Origin: Deltaproteobacteria bacterium RIFCSPHIGHO2_01_FULL_43_49
GTDB lineage: Bacteria > UBA10199 > SPLOWO2-01-44-7
Direction: 5' to 3'
Assembly (NCBI GenBank): GCA_001798075.1
Contig: MGRG01000005.1
Coordinates: 193,148-257,147, forward strand
Length of the DNA: 64,000 nucleotides
The position numbers and the translations under genes are program-made. Below, piece after piece: positions 9,897 through 19,199 of the stretch (position 1 is the first letter of the stretch; every line of letters starts with the position of its first letter). A model generated the notes under the pieces. The model saw nothing but the letters and a program-made list of their open reading frames with translations, did not search any database and was not told where the DNA came from.

Positions 9897-10795
9897 CGCT
9901 CCAGTGGGCCTTTCAATAACACTTCGTAATTGTGAGGAATAAGACTAAAAGAAAAGCCGTGCCAGTTGCTTTCATCAAAAAGTGGTTTGCAGGACTCTTC
10001 CCATTCCCTACTATTTTTGTGGACGAAATCTCCTTGCGGATTTCTGCAAAAATGCTGCTGTTCTGAAGCGATACGCGTAGCCACGGTTTCCTCTTTTCTT
10101 AAATATATATAGCCCTTTGACTCAATGGTAGCTTGAAGATTTAGCTGAGTCATTTGGGAAGGAAGAATATTTACAGGGCCTTCGATGAGTGATACCGAAA
10201 TTTTTGTTCGCTGTTTTTCAACGTCCTGCAAAATTTCTATATAGCCCCTTAAAGCACTTTCCGAGATGAATTCCATCTTCGTTTTATAATACAATTTCCC
10301 TTCAACCGCCATGTCTTCAAATTTTATGGAGTAATCTTTAAACCGGATGTTACTTGCCTCTGGTCCTGGAAGGTTTCCGGTTTTTTTCGAATTCCAGTCT
10401 ACTTCTGCAATTCTTTTCAACCCCCCCTCGTTTGTTATGTTCCAAATAGTCGCCGTTCGATCGTAGTAGGAATTTTGGCCTGTTCCATATTGGAGGTGAG
10501 CGAAATCAATCGATACTTTATAAATTGCTCCATCTCTTCCGGCGATTTTTCTCTCGAAAGGATATTGTATGGCTAAGTTGGAGGAGTCTTGAGGATAAAA
10601 ATCAAGAAATTTCAAGACAAAGTCTTGCCGCTTGGTGGGCACTTCAAGAAGGTTTGTTAAAAATTGAGTCAACTCTTGAGGGTTTTTTGTTTTTAGAGAT
10701 GTACTTTCCGATTGTGATTGGGAGGAATTGATAAAAAGGGATAAAAAAAGGAGGGCTAGCCCTCCTCTCCACAACATCGCTATTTTTGAACTCAC
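9893..10795 (-). CDS. hypothetical secreted protein
   Basis: Signal peptide MLWRGGLALLFLSLFINSSQS. No recognisable domain. Confidence 0.5.
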   Translation of the reverse strand: MSSKIAMLWRGGLALLFLSLFINSSQSQSESTSLKTKNPQELTQFLTNLLEVPTKRQDFVLKFLDFYPQDSSNLAIQYPFERKIAGRDGAIYKVSIDFAHLQYGTGQNSYYDRTATIWNITNEGGLKRIAEVDWNSKKTGNLPGPEASNIRFKDYSIKFEDMAVEGKLYYKTKMEFISESALRGYIEILQDVEKQRTKISVSLIEGPVNILPSQMTQLNLQATIESKGYIYLRKEETVATRIASEQQHFCRNPQGDFVHKNSREWEESCKPLFDESNWHGFSFSLIPHNYEVLLKGPLER

Positions 10796-10819
10796 AAGCT
10801 AATTATAACGAGGAAAAGC

Positions 10820-11731
10820 TTGGCAAAGAATGGGTTAAATAATACCTTTTATATTTCAATGAGTTGGGATAGGGATCGAGTGGCGGGTCTTGGGAACACC
10901 CACGACATTATGAGTGAAATAAAGAAACATTTAATTACACTTTCGAGCGATTTTGGGTCGGGAAACATCGGCTGTGGGGCGATGGAGGCGATAATTTTTG
11001 AAATCTGTCCTGAGGCCAAAGTCGTTCATTTGTGCCACACGATTAGAGGTTTTGACATCAAAGAAGGGGCCAGAATGTTGGAAGGTGTAGCGAAGCTGCC
11101 GATTGGTTTTCATGTGGGAGTTGTTGATCCAGGTGTTGGAACAAAACGAAAAGGAATTGCAATTCAAACCAAACGAGGTGATTTTTTGATCGGTCCCGAT
11201 AATGGTTTGTTAAGACCGGCTGCAGAATTTTTGGGTGGGATCATAAAAGCTTGGGAACTGTCTAACGATCAGTTTCATCGCAAACCGGTCTCTCCCATTT
11301 TTCACGGAAGAGATATTTTCGCACCGGTTGCCGCCTATCTTGCAAAAGGAATTTCGCCCGACGAATTAGGACCAAAAATAAATAGTGATGGACTCATTGC
11401 TGCCCCCTACCATGAAGCACTTTGGAATGGTGATCAAATTGAGGCCGAAGTGATCCATATTAATGGAAATGGCTCTGTTTTTTTGAATATCAAAGCAGAA
11501 GAATTTACAAAAAGGGCAAAACAAGGGGATAAAATAGCTTTTCACTTACCGCCAGGTACCAGGTACCACACGGTAAATTTTCAGAGGACTTTTGGGGAGG
11601 TGGCAAAAGGCGAACCAGTCATATTGAAAGACGATTTTGGCAGAATTGAACTCGCTATCAACCAAGACAATTTTGCTTTGACTTTTGATATCAAACGAGG
11701 GCAGAAATTGATTTTGAAAAAGGAGAAATAA
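10820..11731 (+). CDS. S-adenosyl-L-methionine hydroxide adenosyltransferase family protein (DUF62; fluorinase/chlorinase-like fold)
   Basis: SDFGSGNIGCGAMEA ... HVGVVDPGVGTKRKGIAIQTKRGDFLIGPDNGLL ... IHINGNGSVFLNIKAEEF. The true start is probably the internal MSEIKK near 10910. Confidence 0.8.
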   Translation: MAKNGLNNTFYISMSWDRDRVAGLGNTHDIMSEIKKHLITLSSDFGSGNIGCGAMEAIIFEICPEAKVVHLCHTIRGFDIKEGARMLEGVAKLPIGFHVGVVDPGVGTKRKGIAIQTKRGDFLIGPDNGLLRPAAEFLGGIIKAWELSNDQFHRKPVSPIFHGRDIFAPVAAYLAKGISPDELGPKINSDGLIAAPYHEALWNGDQIEAEVIHINGNGSVFLNIKAEEFTKRAKQGDKIAFHLPPGTRYHTVNFQRTFGEVAKGEPVILKDDFGRIELAINQDNFALTFDIKRGQKLILKKEK

Positions 11732-11964
11732 TGAGCAACATCAAATGTCTTCGTTGCGGTGCTGAAGCTACCCCACCCGATTTTGTTCCCTACAGCGGTC
11801 CTTTGAAAGAGGCCATTGTGAAACAAGTTTGCGGCCAATGCTGGGAAGAGTGGAAAAAAATGAGTGTGATGGTAGTCAATGAATATAAACTGACACCCTT
11901 TTTGCCCCAACATCGCGAAATTTTAGAACAACAGATGAAGGAATTTTTAAACCTCCAACTGTGA
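11731..11964 (+). CDS. yggX: Fe(II)-trafficking/oxidative damage protection protein YggX family
   Basis: 77 aa. IKCLRCGAEATPPDFVPYSGPLKEAIVKQVCGQCWEEWKKMSVMVVNEYKL...REILEQQMKEFL matches the YggX pattern (C..E...F.PYPG.LG..I...VS..AW..W...TM.INE.KL). The start overlaps the upstream stop (TAATG). Confidence 0.75.
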   Translation: MSNIKCLRCGAEATPPDFVPYSGPLKEAIVKQVCGQCWEEWKKMSVMVVNEYKLTPFLPQHREILEQQMKEFLNLQL

Positions 11965-12977
11965 GACCCAATCTAAATCTTCTCAAAAATGTTTTGAGTT
12001 TGCCCACGGCTCCTTTTCATGAACAAGCCGTTATCCATTTTATCAAAAGCTTTTGTGCCAAATTAGGTGTGGTCTGCAAGCAAGATCGTTTTGGCAATCT
12101 CAAAGCCATTTACAAAAGGGGGAAACAAAAACCGATTGCCTTTACAGCTCACATGGATCACCCAGGCTTTGAAGTGTTGCAGACTAATCGGTTAGGGGCA
12201 AAAGTTCGTTTGCTAGGAGGTGTTCCAGACAAATATTTTCTTAAAGCGCGGGTTGTTCTTGTTGACCAAGATGGTTTAACTAAAGGTCGTGTTTTAAAAA
12301 TTCTAAATAAAAAGAAAAGAGAGTTTTGGGTTCAAACAAAAAGACCTGTTCGAAAAAAAACCTTTGGCTATCTTGACTTGCCCGCTTTCCAGCTTCGCAA
12401 AGGAATGATCCACACCAAAGCAGCCGATAATCTGATGAGTGTCGCCATTCTTTTGAATCTCCTGGAAAAGCTTGTTCGGAAAAAAGCCAGGGCAAATGTC
12501 GTCTGCCTTTTCACGCGGGCTGAAGAAGTCGGTTTCATTGGGGCCTCAAAGGCAATTCAGAATCGGTTTTTGCCGCGAAATATCCCGATTGTTGTTTTGG
12601 AAACAAGTTCCGCCAAGGCTGGAAAAGTCGAGATTGGCAGTGGGCCCGTGCTTAGAGTAGGCGATCGCTTTTCCAGTTTTTCTTGGGAGATGGACTTGTG
12701 TTTAAGATTAGTAGCGCAAGAATTAAAATCAAAAGAAAAAAGTTTTGAGTATCAAAGGGGGCTTTTAGCCGGTGGGCGCTGCGAAGCAAGTCTTTATGTT
12801 GTCAAAAAATATCTTGTGGGAGGGCTGGCCCTTCCTTTGGGTAACTATCATAATGTCGGTGCCAAAAGTTATGCCACAGAATATGTGAGTCTAAAGGATT
12901 ATCAAAATTTGCTGAAGTGGTTGATCTTTCTGTCGGCCAATTTTCCAAAGACTTTAAAGAGGTTAATAAAAAAGTAG
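11961..12977 (+). CDS. M42 family metallopeptidase (glutamyl aminopeptidase/FrvX-like)
   Basis: AHMDHPGFEV active-site region and overall M42 layout. 4-bp overlap with yggX. Confidence 0.7.
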   Translation: MRPNLNLLKNVLSLPTAPFHEQAVIHFIKSFCAKLGVVCKQDRFGNLKAIYKRGKQKPIAFTAHMDHPGFEVLQTNRLGAKVRLLGGVPDKYFLKARVVLVDQDGLTKGRVLKILNKKKREFWVQTKRPVRKKTFGYLDLPAFQLRKGMIHTKAADNLMSVAILLNLLEKLVRKKARANVVCLFTRAEEVGFIGASKAIQNRFLPRNIPIVVLETSSAKAGKVEIGSGPVLRVGDRFSSFSWEMDLCLRLVAQELKSKEKSFEYQRGLLAGGRCEASLYVVKKYLVGGLALPLGNYHNVGAKSYATEYVSLKDYQNLLKWLIFLSANFPKTLKRLIKK

Positions 12978-13056
12978 CGGGTCCTGTCCCTCCGTGTTTC
13001 TGTGGGGGCCCCTAACTAAACCCCACAGCAAACACTCCGGGCCACCCGCTAGTTTT
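12974..13056. repeat. copy 2 of the 85-bp palindromic repeat family (orientation B)
   Basis: agcgggtcctgtccctccgtgtttctgtgggggcccctaactaaaccccacagcaaacactccgggccacccgct. Sits between convergent genes. Confidence 0.85.
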
Positions 13057-13067
13057 TTACTCATTTA

Positions 13068-14201
13068 TTAAAAAACGTAACCAAGTGATAAGCGATAGCT
13101 GGAGCTGGTTTCCCTGTTGTTTCTGTTTTCTCCTTGTGCCTCGAACCCAACAGAATAAGCCCCCAGAAATTCAAATTGGACTCCGCCACCACCAATGTGT
13201 GCCTTGTAATTCACAAAGGGGTTTCCGATTCGGCCTGCCTCAAAACCTCTTTGGGCATAAGAATAAAAACCATAAATGGATAGAAATTCTGTCGGCACCA
13301 CTTTGAGTTCGGCAAATCCTCCATGAAAATTTCTGGAGGTTGTCCCCACCATTAAATTTTGAAATTCGTAACCCCCACCAATCCGCAGGAATTCCATCGG
13401 TTCAAAAAATAGGGCCGGACGAAGCGTGTGCGTATTGGCGCGGGTGAAGTCTTGAAACCGGTAGTGAAATTCCGGCGTCACCTTCCAAATAGTATGAGCA
13501 ATGCCCACTTCGTAATTTTGTCTCGGAAGAATATCAACTTCCGGGGCAAACCCCAAACTCAAATCAAAACGCGTTTTTTCTTTCAGATAATAATGACCAA
13601 AGAGTCTTGTATCAAAACCATCTCTGCCGAAGCGCTGGATATAGGCACTATAAAGTCCCAAGCCATATGTCTTTTCTCTTTCGATTCGGATTTGTTGAAA
13701 CTCACCTTGAGTCTGCGACGAGTAAGAAGGATTTTCAGTGATATAACCACCTTCAATCACAATTCGTGATTTTCTCTCAAGTTGTGGTTGGACCGCTTCA
13801 CTCTCTTCGTTGCCAGGTTCTATTTTTTCAGCTTTATCAAAAAAATCTCTAGCCTTTTTTTGTTTGCCCATGGCCAGATAGGCCTTGCCTGTTCCCACTA
13901 GTGCCGGAACATTTTTAGAATCGAGCTCCAAGACTTTTTCATAAGTTTTAACCGCCTCTTCATAATTGCCTTGCCAATATTGGACTTGGGCCAGACCTGA
14001 GAGGGCCCCCAAGTTTTCGGGATCATGGTGTAAAACCCCCTCATAGAGGCTTTGTGCCCCCTCGTAGTCTCCTGCCTCCTCTTTTTCCTGGGCTTGGCTC
14101 ATTATCCTTTCCGAATCGCCTTTAGGAGAAGTGAAGCCATTGGAAAAAGGTAGGAGGCAAAAGCCAAAAACCATTATGAAAACAAGGAGTAATACACGCA
14201 T
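13068..14201 (-). CDS. TPR-repeat plus C-terminal outer-membrane beta-barrel protein (YaiO/PgaA/BcsC-like architecture)
   Basis: Signal peptide MRVLLLVFIMVFGFCLL. Three to four TPR units (YEGAQSLYEGVL ... YEEAVKTYEKVLELD ... GKAYLAMG). C-terminal alternating beta-strand region ending SLGYVF. Start set at the ATG at 14201, which is preceded by GGAGGAGG. Confidence 0.6.
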   Translation of the reverse strand: MRVLLLVFIMVFGFCLLPFSNGFTSPKGDSERIMSQAQEKEEAGDYEGAQSLYEGVLHHDPENLGALSGLAQVQYWQGNYEEAVKTYEKVLELDSKNVPALVGTGKAYLAMGKQKKARDFFDKAEKIEPGNEESEAVQPQLERKSRIVIEGGYITENPSYSSQTQGEFQQIRIEREKTYGLGLYSAYIQRFGRDGFDTRLFGHYYLKEKTRFDLSLGFAPEVDILPRQNYEVGIAHTIWKVTPEFHYRFQDFTRANTHTLRPALFFEPMEFLRIGGGYEFQNLMVGTTSRNFHGGFAELKVVPTEFLSIYGFYSYAQRGFEAGRIGNPFVNYKAHIGGGGVQFEFLGAYSVGFEAQGENRNNRETSSSYRLSLGYVF

Positions 14202-14296
14202 TTCATTTCCTCCTCCAGGGTTTAACCATATTTTGTTGCGAAAATCACGCAACTTTTTTCTAATTTGCTCGATAAAACCTAGGGAGCATAAAATCA

Positions 14297-15016
14297 ATGA
14301 ATAGCGGAGGACTAGTAACCATTTTTCAACTAGCTGTTCCACAACAGTTAGCCCTTTTAGAGACGGCAACGAATTTGCTTGCAGTCGATTTGAGTACCCT
14401 TGTTGCGGATGGGAATGAGGCCGGTTTGGCCTTCGCGCTGGCTCCTGCCGCAGATGTTTATGGAGAGGATCATTTACTGAGTAGGGCTAGAGAGATTGCA
14501 GGTTTAGCAAAAACAGATCCTGGCGAGGCAGCTGCAAGCAAACAAAGACTTGTAAGAGAGTTTGTCTCGTTGGTTGAGCAGTCTTCAGCTCCCAACCCCC
14601 CTCCACATCAGCTGATATATCTAAAAAGGGTTTTAGGTTTGATGGAGACGACAACAAGGGTTGTGCGTATGGGTATCGATGTTGCGAACGCCATCGCTTT
14701 AAACAATCAGTTGGAAAATGTTTTTCGGACTTTGCAGGAAAGGGGAATCCCCGTCGACATTTTCATTATCGACAGGGACCGCGAGGTAACGGTAAGAAGT
14801 AAATTAATTCACATTGAGGGAGATCCTTCAGGCACTCAAAGACGGATGATCGTGGAAGCCAAAGTAATTAAGGGGAGCATGGAAGGAGAACGCGATTCCT
14901 ATTCGGTAATTTTTTCCGACAGGACACACCCGTTACCTATGGAGCTTAGTAAAGATGTGGAACTCGGTAATCTTAGCTTTAACATCACCTTATTCATTGA
15001 TGGACTACTACTATAA
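14297..15016 (+). CDS. hypothetical protein, member B of a paralogous family (N-terminal module shared with 7298..8341)
   Basis: See 7298..8341. The C-terminal region differs. Confidence 0.55.
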   Translation: MNSGGLVTIFQLAVPQQLALLETATNLLAVDLSTLVADGNEAGLAFALAPAADVYGEDHLLSRAREIAGLAKTDPGEAAASKQRLVREFVSLVEQSSAPNPPPHQLIYLKRVLGLMETTTRVVRMGIDVANAIALNNQLENVFRTLQERGIPVDIFIIDRDREVTVRSKLIHIEGDPSGTQRRMIVEAKVIKGSMEGERDSYSVIFSDRTHPLPMELSKDVELGNLSFNITLFIDGLLL

Positions 15017-15028
15017 AAAGGAGATTTC

Positions 15029-15496
15029 TTGAGACGATATTTTTGCTGTTTGGTTTTGGTCCTGTTGGGATTTGTCAAAACACTGTCCGCGGATTCAGGT
15101 ATGGATCATGCCTTGACGACAACGGTTGCCAGAAAAACTTTGCAAGAGGTGATGATGGCGATTGCCAAAGATATCGAGGAGCTTCAAGGAGATTTTCCAC
15201 AATTAAAAAAATGGAATGATGCCGAAATTTCTCCCGAAGGAATTTATTACCAATATCATTACACAGCTGGGCGATATCCTTTTGCCGAAGAAGAGTTTGG
15301 AAAGAACGGATGCCATCTTGCCATCGATACAAAAGATCAGCTACAGGCATCAGCCTCTCCTCAAATCCTTGGCGAATTAAAACTGGGGATTTATTTGAAG
15401 TTTAAGGCCGTTGGGAAAGATGCGGAAGAGTTAAAAAGACTTATTCAAGAAATCGTTGCTAAACGTTTTGAAATGATCAGGAACCTAAACTCTTAG
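15029..15496 (+). CDS. hypothetical secreted protein
   Basis: Signal peptide MRRYFCCLVLVLLGFVKTLSA. No domain recognised. Confidence 0.5.
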   Translation: MRRYFCCLVLVLLGFVKTLSADSGMDHALTTTVARKTLQEVMMAIAKDIEELQGDFPQLKKWNDAEISPEGIYYQYHYTAGRYPFAEEEFGKNGCHLAIDTKDQLQASASPQILGELKLGIYLKFKAVGKDAEELKRLIQEIVAKRFEMIRNLNS

Positions 15497-15543
15497 GTAA
15501 GCTTCAAAGTTGCTATTTATCCAAAATTTGGTATCAAACCCAA

Positions 15544-15927
15544 ATGGCAGATCCTCTTATCCAAAAAGCCCTAGAGGCCAGAAAGAATGCCTATTCGCCT
15601 TATTCCAAATTTGCCGTGGGGGCGGCTTTGGAGGCCCAAGATGGAACAGTCTTCACTGGCTGCAATGTTGAAAATGCCTCCTATGGTTTGACAATCTGTG
15701 CGGAGAGGGTGGCATTGGCCAAAGCCATTTCTCAAGGGGTCACGAAATTTAAAAGGCTGGCAGTCGTTGCCGACTATCCAGAGCCGGTTCCGCCGTGTGG
15801 CATGTGTCGCCAAGCTTTGTTTGAGTTTGCGCCAGAGCTTGAATTGATTCTGGCCAATACCAAAGGGGAATCAGAAAAAACGATACTCTCCAAACTTCTT
15901 CCAAATGCCTTTCAACTGAAACGCTAG
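15544..15927 (+). CDS. cdd: cytidine deaminase
   Basis: CAERVAL ... PCGMCRQ zinc-binding motifs. 127 aa (tetrameric type). Confidence 0.92.
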   Translation: MADPLIQKALEARKNAYSPYSKFAVGAALEAQDGTVFTGCNVENASYGLTICAERVALAKAISQGVTKFKRLAVVADYPEPVPPCGMCRQALFEFAPELELILANTKGESEKTILSKLLPNAFQLKR

Positions 15928-15943
15928 GTTATTTTTTGCTCCA

Positions 15944-17116
15944 CTAGTATAAAAGGTAGGGCTTACGTTGTCTTACAAAAGAGGAAGAAGGTTCTGCCAC
16001 CCATTCTAAAAGTTCTCTCAAAGGAAGATGCTTTTCCAGTGCCTGGCGCACGGTTGCATCACCTGTTAATAAATCGATTGCCGGAATGTCTTCTATAAAT
16101 TCATAGGGCTCCAGTCTCCATTGGAAGCCTTTATCGTGATAGAGGGTGTACAAAGCCCATATCAAAGCAATACCGGTAACATAAGGCTTGAAAATTTCCC
16201 GATCCGTAACTTTCAGGCGAACACCAAAACATTTTTGACCTACCCATTTTTGGAGTGTCGGCGTGAATTCAACAGGCTCAAACTGAACTCCGGGCAGGCG
16301 AAATTCACTTAAGGATTCTAGACATTCTGCTGGTTTAACAAATGGAGCCCCCGTAATTTCAAATGGGATGTCTGTTCCTCTTCCCTCTGAGATGTTTGTC
16401 CCTTCCAGTAAACAAGTCCCCGGATACAATAGCGCTTGCAAAGGCGAGCGCATGTTTGGAGAGGGGTTGGTCCATTTCAAACCGGTTTGATCCCAAAACC
16501 ATTCGCGCTGCCAACCTTCCATTGGCATCACTGTCAGATCACAATTCAAATCTTCCGTGTCATTGATCATGCGGGCCATTTCGCCAATTGTCATCCCGTG
16601 CCGCACCGGCATTGGGTAGAGCCCCACAAAAGAAGTGTAGCCTTCTTTGTTGCTCTCCCCCTCAACAGAAAGACCATTAATTGGATTGGGCCTGTCACAA
16701 ACAATCACCTCTTTTTTATATTTAGCACAAGCTTCCATGCACATGGTGGTCGTCCAAATATAGGTGTAGTAGCGAGCTCCAACATCTTGCAAATCAATCA
16801 CCAAGCAGTCGATATTTTTAAGCATCTCTTCGGTTGGTTTCAGTTCCTTTTCGGAATGGCCATAAAGACTGTAAAGAGGCAACCCCGTTGGTTTGTGGGT
16901 GCCAGAGTGGACCGGCTCCATGTCTTGAGCTGAAGTAGTAATGCCGTGTTCGGGTCCAAAAAGGGTTGTGACTTTCCAATCTTTTGAGTCAACAAGTAAG
17001 TCCAGGATATGTTGGCCCTTTGAATTGACACTGGCTTGATGGCCCAAAATGCCAACTCTTTTTCCCTTCAATTTGTCTTTGAAATCTCTAGTTAAAATGT
17101 CGAGCCCAAGTAGCAT
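15944..17116 (-). CDS. DUF1343 family protein (exo-beta-N-acetylmuramidase NamZ-like)
   Basis: GLDILTRDF..LKGKRVGILGHQASV ... LFGPEHG matches the DUF1343 N-terminus. Confidence 0.75.
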   Translation of the reverse strand: MLLGLDILTRDFKDKLKGKRVGILGHQASVNSKGQHILDLLVDSKDWKVTTLFGPEHGITTSAQDMEPVHSGTHKPTGLPLYSLYGHSEKELKPTEEMLKNIDCLVIDLQDVGARYYTYIWTTTMCMEACAKYKKEVIVCDRPNPINGLSVEGESNKEGYTSFVGLYPMPVRHGMTIGEMARMINDTEDLNCDLTVMPMEGWQREWFWDQTGLKWTNPSPNMRSPLQALLYPGTCLLEGTNISEGRGTDIPFEITGAPFVKPAECLESLSEFRLPGVQFEPVEFTPTLQKWVGQKCFGVRLKVTDREIFKPYVTGIALIWALYTLYHDKGFQWRLEPYEFIEDIPAIDLLTGDATVRQALEKHLPLRELLEWVAEPSSSFVRQRKPYLLY

Positions 17117-17174
17117 GGCGGGATGCGCATATCATAACTTGCCTGGTTGTCAAAGTGTGCTATGGAAACCCGCC

Positions 17175-17588
17175 ATGCATATTTCTCGCAAACAACATTT
17201 TATTGACGCCGCCCTTTTGTGGACGATCACAGGTTCTGCGCTCGGTTTTTTTGGGATGAAGTGGGTTGTATTGGGGTTTCCTCAAAAATGGGCTCTTATA
17301 TGGATTGGTGTTTGTATTGCAGTCGGTTTTCTTAAAGGACATTTTGCCATTGCCCGTTCTGCAGATCGCGCCATTCAAAGAATTCAGAATTTTCCGGAGC
17401 GCACCCCCTTCTTCAAAGTCTTTGGCAAAGGACAGTGGATTTTGGTAACAGCGATGATGGGGTTGGGAATGATTTTGCGCGTTTTGCATGTTGATAAAAG
17501 CTACCGCGGAATTGTTTTAAGTATTGTGGGTGTTGCTTTGCTATGGGCCTCTCGGGAATTTTGGAAAGCAGCATGCAAGCAATCCTGA
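17175..17588 (+). CDS. hypothetical small membrane protein
   Basis: Three to four hydrophobic helices. Start uncertain (the ORF-track start at 17049 overlaps the upstream gene). Confidence 0.4.
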   Translation: MHISRKQHFIDAALLWTITGSALGFFGMKWVVLGFPQKWALIWIGVCIAVGFLKGHFAIARSADRAIQRIQNFPERTPFFKVFGKGQWILVTAMMGLGMILRVLHVDKSYRGIVLSIVGVALLWASREFWKAACKQS

Positions 17589-17959
17589 CAGAAAAAGCAC
17601 CCAAACCGATTGGTCCTTACTCTCAAGCAATTCTTGCCAACGGCTTTCTTTTTTTATCGGGCCAAATTCCAATCGACCCTAAAACAAATGCGGTTTCCCT
17701 TTTTGATGGAGATGTTGGAAAGCAAACGGAACTTGTTTTAAAAAATATTCAAGCCATTCTCGATTCGCAAAAACTTTCTTTAGCCTCGGTTGTTAAAACG
17801 TCCATTTTTTTGAAAGATTTATCTCAATTTAATAAGGTCAACGAAATCTACGCCAAATTTTTTGGGCCTCACAAACCTGCCCGCACAACGGTTGAAGTTT
17901 CAAACCTTCCAAAAGGTGCGGCGATAGAAATCGAAGCAATCGCTATTGCTGTTGTTTAG
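17573..17959 (+). CDS. ridA: RidA family reactive-intermediate deaminase (YjgF/TdcF)
   Basis: APKPIGPYSQAI..NGFLFLSGQIP ... ARTTVEVSNLPKGAAIEIEAIA. Canonical RidA. Confidence 0.88.
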   Translation: MQAILTEKAPKPIGPYSQAILANGFLFLSGQIPIDPKTNAVSLFDGDVGKQTELVLKNIQAILDSQKLSLASVVKTSIFLKDLSQFNKVNEIYAKFFGPHKPARTTVEVSNLPKGAAIEIEAIAIAVV

Positions 17960-19131
17960 ACAAGTTCGGGTAAAACCTTCTCAAAAAAATCTTTATAGGA
18001 AAGAGCACATTCTCCCTTTGAAAACACTTGTCGAGTTTGCCCAGTGTAAACTAAAAATTTATCTACTTTCTTGTGGGCGACACTTTCAAAAGAACGAAGC
18101 CCTTTCATGTCAACCTCTTGCGCATTTTTTGAGAGCTTACATTCAATAGCAATGAGTTTTTCCCCAATGTCTAAGATAAAATCAACTTCGACACCCGTGT
18201 CTGTGCGGTAGGCGCTAAATTTCCACTCTTTCTTTTCAGAGTGAATAAAATGAATGCATTCAAGGCAGACCCATTGTTCAAAGAGTTTGCCTGTTTCAAT
18301 AGGGCTTAGTTTTTGCTTGTGTAGCCCCAAAATGGCATTCCTCACCCCCATATCAAAAAAAACAAAGCGATCGCGTTGACTCACACGTCTTTTACTGGAA
18401 GTTGGCCTAAAGGGGGGAATTCTAAAAACGATTAATGTTTCCTCAAGGATAGTGTAGAATCTTCGGATTGTCTCTTTGGGGATTTCGCTATCGTTTGCTA
18501 TTTTGCTGTAATTGACCCACTCGCCACTGCTTTGCGCAGCTAAATCAAGAAAACGGGCATACGCCCCGATGTTTTTGGCAATGGCTTCACTTTGAATTTC
18601 CTCTCTCAAATAAGTATTGGCATAACTAGAAAGGGTTTCGGCCCCTTCTTCCTCATCTAGATAGACTCCAGGGAGTGAGCCAGTTTGCAACGCTTTTTCT
18701 AAGTTAAAGAGAGAGCCTAGTTCCCAGAAAGAAAGTGGATCTAAATACTCTAGCAAAATCCGTCCGGGAAGAAGATTGGCTCCACCCCGTTTTAATTTGC
18801 GTGCACTGGAACCAGTCAAAATAAATCGGTGTGGAGAGCCAACATCTAGATGAGCTTGAAGAGTATTCAATAGCGAAGGGATTCTCTGAATTTCATCGAA
18901 GACAATTAAGGAGGGTTTGTCGATTGCCGCTAGTTCCCTTTTTATTTTCCCCGGATCTTTTGAATAAGAGAGATAGAGTTCTTCATCGGCCAAATTAATA
19001 ATGAGGTTTGGATTTAGGGATTGGGCGAGTGTTGATTTTCCAACTTGGCGTGGACCAAGCAAGAGTATGTTTTTATTAGATTTTTTTAGTGAGTCGGTTA
19101 TTTTGCGAACTATCATATAGGTCATATACAT
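17956..19131 (-). CDS. AAA family ATPase with C-terminal DUF4143-like domain
   Basis: Walker A GPRQVGKST. About 390 aa with the AAA_14 plus DUF4143 layout. Confidence 0.65.
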   Translation of the reverse strand: MYMTYMIVRKITDSLKKSNKNILLLGPRQVGKSTLAQSLNPNLIINLADEELYLSYSKDPGKIKRELAAIDKPSLIVFDEIQRIPSLLNTLQAHLDVGSPHRFILTGSSARKLKRGGANLLPGRILLEYLDPLSFWELGSLFNLEKALQTGSLPGVYLDEEEGAETLSSYANTYLREEIQSEAIAKNIGAYARFLDLAAQSSGEWVNYSKIANDSEIPKETIRRFYTILEETLIVFRIPPFRPTSSKRRVSQRDRFVFFDMGVRNAILGLHKQKLSPIETGKLFEQWVCLECIHFIHSEKKEWKFSAYRTDTGVEVDFILDIGEKLIAIECKLSKNAQEVDMKGLRSFESVAHKKVDKFLVYTGQTRQVFSKGECALSYKDFFEKVLPELV

Positions 19132-19199
19132 TGAAAATGACCTAAGCGCAAGTCAAAATGGGAGCAACTTTTCTCAAAATTTGCCGATAACTATAAGGA

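Noticed and set aside
16436-16933. Long antisense ORFs inside namZ, copA, nrdJ and metE (for example 16436..16933, 31509..31904, 36576..37052, 3246..3674)
   Set aside because: They are fully embedded in strongly supported genes on the opposite strand with no independent motifs. Typical shadow ORFs.
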